A DNA stretch of 63,685 nucleotides, filler included, from Hyphochytrium catenoides (taxonomy: Eukaryota > Protista > Hyphochytriomycota), in the NCBI GenBank assembly GCA_900088475.1. It is 7 parts of 7 records of this genome, joined end to end, with 100 filler letters (N's around TTAATTAATTAA, not from the genome) between each part and the next. Parts side by side here need not be neighbours in the genome. Positions count along the whole stretch, not along the records: positions 49,357 to 63,685 come from FLMG01004032.1; 6 more parts are not named here. The stretch is one strand, 5' to 3'. This document shows, in pieces, positions 62,735 through 63,685 of the stretch (the stretch's first letter is position 1; the number at the start of each line of letters is the position of its first letter). Position numbers and translations under genes: made by a program. The notes beneath the pieces are model-generated. The model was not told where the DNA came from and did no database searches. It was given only the letters and a program-made list of their open reading frames with translations.

Positions 62735-63678
62735 AAAAGGGAGAGGGAGAGAGAGAGAATAAAAGGGAGAGAGAGAGAGAGAGAGAGAGAATAAAAGGGA
62801 GAGAGGGAGAGAGAATAAAAGGGAGAGAGACGTTAAGAAGGGAGAGAGACGATAAGAAGAGAGAGGGAGAGAGAGAGAGAACGAGACCATAAGAGAAGGG
62901 AGAGACACGTTAAAAAGAGGGAGAGAGTCGATAAGAGAGAGAGACACACAGAAAGACCAAAGGAAAAGTCATAGAGAAGAAATAAGGAAAAAGCGAGAAG
63001 ATCAAGAAGCAGAGAGATACAAGACAGTGATTGGACAAAGACGGTAAGAGATAGCATAAAGAGGCCGTGTTTTTGAAGAAGAGATGGAGAAAGAGACAGC
63101 TAGAAAGAGAGACACAGAGAGAGAGACACACAGAGAAGAGAGACCAAAGAGAAGACATAAGTGGCACAGATTAGATACGAGAAGAGAAAGAGCTTCGACG
63201 CACCAGCGGCGGCTGTCTCTGTATCCTAGGGCTGAAGAACTGCACGAAAGGATCGGAGAGATACCCGAGGTCGGCGCAGGACCTGGAGGAGACAAACAAG
63301 AAGAGAGACAGAGACAGACAGAGCACTGTGGGTTTTCTCCGTCGCCGCTGTACGATCGCTTGTCCATAGAGATGCATTCTCCCTCTCTACAAAATCTTTC
63401 TCTCTCTCTGTCCTCTAAGTAATTCTCTCACACATTCTCTCTCTTCCTCTCTCTTCTTGTGTCTCTCTCCTTGTGTCTCTCTCTTTCTCCCGTGTCTCTC
63501 TCTCAGAGAAAAAAAAGCTCATCAACACTGTCTTCCGGCACCTTCTCTTGCTCTCTTCCTCGTCTCCTCCTTCTGTCCTCTAGAGGATCATCCCGGGCTG
63601 ACTGTTATCCCACCTTTTGCATTTAGAAGCCTCTCCTCCTGTGGGGGCGGCATGTCCCGCAGCTTGAGGGGCGGCCAT
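59586..63678 (-). CDS. Leucine carboxyl methyltransferase (LCMT/PPM1 family) fused to a C-terminal NAT8/camello-like GNAT acetyltransferase
   Basis: Exon 1 63678-63614 (EASKCKR), then SCADLGYLSDPFVQFF..PPL-VNRGYYCR...QVISLGAGYDT...YIEVDY...VGCDL...PTFFLAECVL-AYM...YE. Exon 61165-60728 carries both the LCMT end IAKLELFDEHADLLLFHQHYAL and the GNAT start VLRPYITSDKERVMSLY. Then GSCFWVLELDGEVIG...VELCRMAVSPRFQGQGIG...IVLST...AVRLYKRRGY, with a stop at 59586. Confidence 0.88.
62734..62930. repeat. Intronic minisatellite, TAAAAGGG/TAAGAAG + (GA)n units of about 20-30 bp
   Basis: Repeated taaaagggagag... blocks separated by GA runs. Confidence 0.6.
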
Positions 63679-63685
63679 GACCGAG

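Overview
Eukaryotic, intron-containing, (GA/TC)n-rich draft sequence made of seven unrelated pieces joined by artificial 100-bp linkers (44 N + TTAATTAATTAA + 44 N). The pieces are 1-13690, 13791-20627, 20728-27355, 27456-44364, 44465-45786, 45887-49256 and 49357-63685, and adjacency across linkers has no biological meaning. Most ORFs in the supplied track are microsatellite artefacts. Splicing GT-AG exons by hand gives these genes: a class C (7tm_3) GPCR whose ectodomain is two tandem PstS-like phosphate-binding-protein domains (top candidate for an undescribed system); a Pex14 N-terminal-domain exon apparently spliced to an SDR oxidoreductase; a GDA1/CD39 apyrase; a nodulin-like MFS transporter; a TPR-DnaJ-DnaJ-X co-chaperone; a very large plant-type uncharacterised protein; a UIM-tailed gene end; an EF-hand protein; a GYF_2-containing Tat-SF1/CUS2 splicing factor; a glucose-6-phosphate 1-epimerase; and an LCMT/PPM1 methyltransferase fused to a NAT8-like GNAT acetyltransferase. 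There is also a frameshifted Ty1/Copia element. Family assignments come from motif recognition and recalled consensus sequences; no database searches were run and the source organism is not identified.
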